A stretch of DNA of 64,000 nt, from NCBI RefSeq assembly GCF_036971445.1, contig NC_091474.1:39494001-39558000 (forward strand), written 5' to 3'. Shown piece after piece: positions 62,898-64,000 of the stretch; position 1 is the first letter of the stretch, and the number at the start of each line of letters is the position of its first letter. Under the pieces are notes generated by a model. That model worked only from the letters and a program-made list of their open reading frames with translations. It was not told where the DNA came from and made no database searches. This DNA comes from Narcine bancroftii (taxonomy: Eukaryota). Made by a program: the position numbers and the translations under genes.

Positions 62898-64000
62898 TCT
62901 CAAACCATTACAGCTCAGGCACGATTCAGTCTTTAGTGTTGAAACTCAGTCCTTCAGCTGCTGTTCAAAAGTTCTTAAACTCACAAACTTTTGTAGGTTT
63001 GCTTTCAGAGAAATATTTCTTTATGTGAATGATTTTGCACAAATTCCCCACTCTCTTGCGTGGAGGTTTCAGAACTTGCTTTTCACACAATGATTTCACC
63101 AAAGGTTAAATGAAGTGACTATTACAAATGGACATGTAGAACTGCCTTCCCTTGACAAAGAGAAAGTCGAAGTGGCCATAGTCTTCCAAAGCCACTTGAT
63201 TCTGTGTTTCTTCCCTGTCAAAGCAAGAACAGCACAACAGTACCTCTTCCACTGAAGGTTACTGAATTTTTCTGACCAGATGAAAACTGGTTTAATATTA
63301 AAAATGCCTTCTTGAAGTGTCCCAATCATATTATATGACATCACCACTGGTTTTGTTTGAAGTTCATTTCTTACAAAGGTTTAGGAGAAAATGCCTCCAA
63401 GTTGTCTGCATACCTTGTATTTATAGGTGTTTGTCTTAGTAAACATCCCTTATGTTAGATTTCAATAATCAACATTCATTGTCTTCAATATTTTAAAGGA
63501 CAATCACTCGAGATTTTTTTGCTCTGCTTCAGCTGTCCATAGCAGACTCAGCATCTCTGTGTGTAAGTGTCTTTGTGTGTGTCCCTGTATCCAACCCACA
63601 ATGTCCATTTCCTAAAAATAATATATTTATAAACTAAAGATTAATATGATACTGTAATAGCTCCAATCAGAGCTGTCATTATTACTCAATTACAATGACG
63701 CTTTGAATAACGTGGTTTCATCTGCACTCGCTACAAGCACACACTGTTGTTTTTGTTGCTGCTGGTGTTTTAATAGTTGCTGTTTTTGTCATATTTTCAG
63801 GTGTTTCAGCTCACTAATATTGCCATTACATTCATGGGAATTACAATTTATGAGTTACATTAGTACAAAATGTACTAATGTACAAGATTCTAAATGATCT
63901 GGTTCAGGAGGAAGTCAGTGGGGGGTGGGGGGGGGGGTGACACCATGAGTTACTGCACTGGGTGATACCAAACCCTTGCCTTAAGATAGACAAAACTTAA

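Noticed and set aside
62430-63028. ORFs of 151-192 aa spanning X residues
   Set aside because: Artefacts of the N gap.

Overview
Eukaryotic vertebrate DNA; the repeat complement (CR1, Penelope, RTE, Rex/Babar, HE1-like SINEs) suggests an elasmobranch (shark/ray), which is inference. I traced three spliced protein-coding genes by hand. (1) A + strand R9AP/RGS9BP-family paralog (1337..1589 + 5667..6157, about 247 aa, with a possible extra first exon 1116..1166) ends in a Cys-rich/CaaX-like tail instead of the R9AP transmembrane helix. (2) UBE2C is on the - strand (6 exons, 24832..20551, 179 aa) with a GC-AG first intron and an NF-Y/CHR cell-cycle promoter. (3) DNTTIP1 is on the - strand (13 exons, 61708..34540, 306 aa), head-to-head with a tRNA-Thr(TGT) gene. 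The rest is mostly transposon debris: a hAT element carrying nested solo LTRs, several Gypsy elements (one two-LTR copy with an internal inversion), RTE, CR1, Rex/Babar, Tx1 and Penelope fragments, MITEs, SINEs, and Penelope-type repeats with minimal hammerhead-ribozyme-like cores. There is one 409-N assembly gap. Repeat boundaries without a stated TSD are approximate. No database searches were run; family calls come from recalled motifs.
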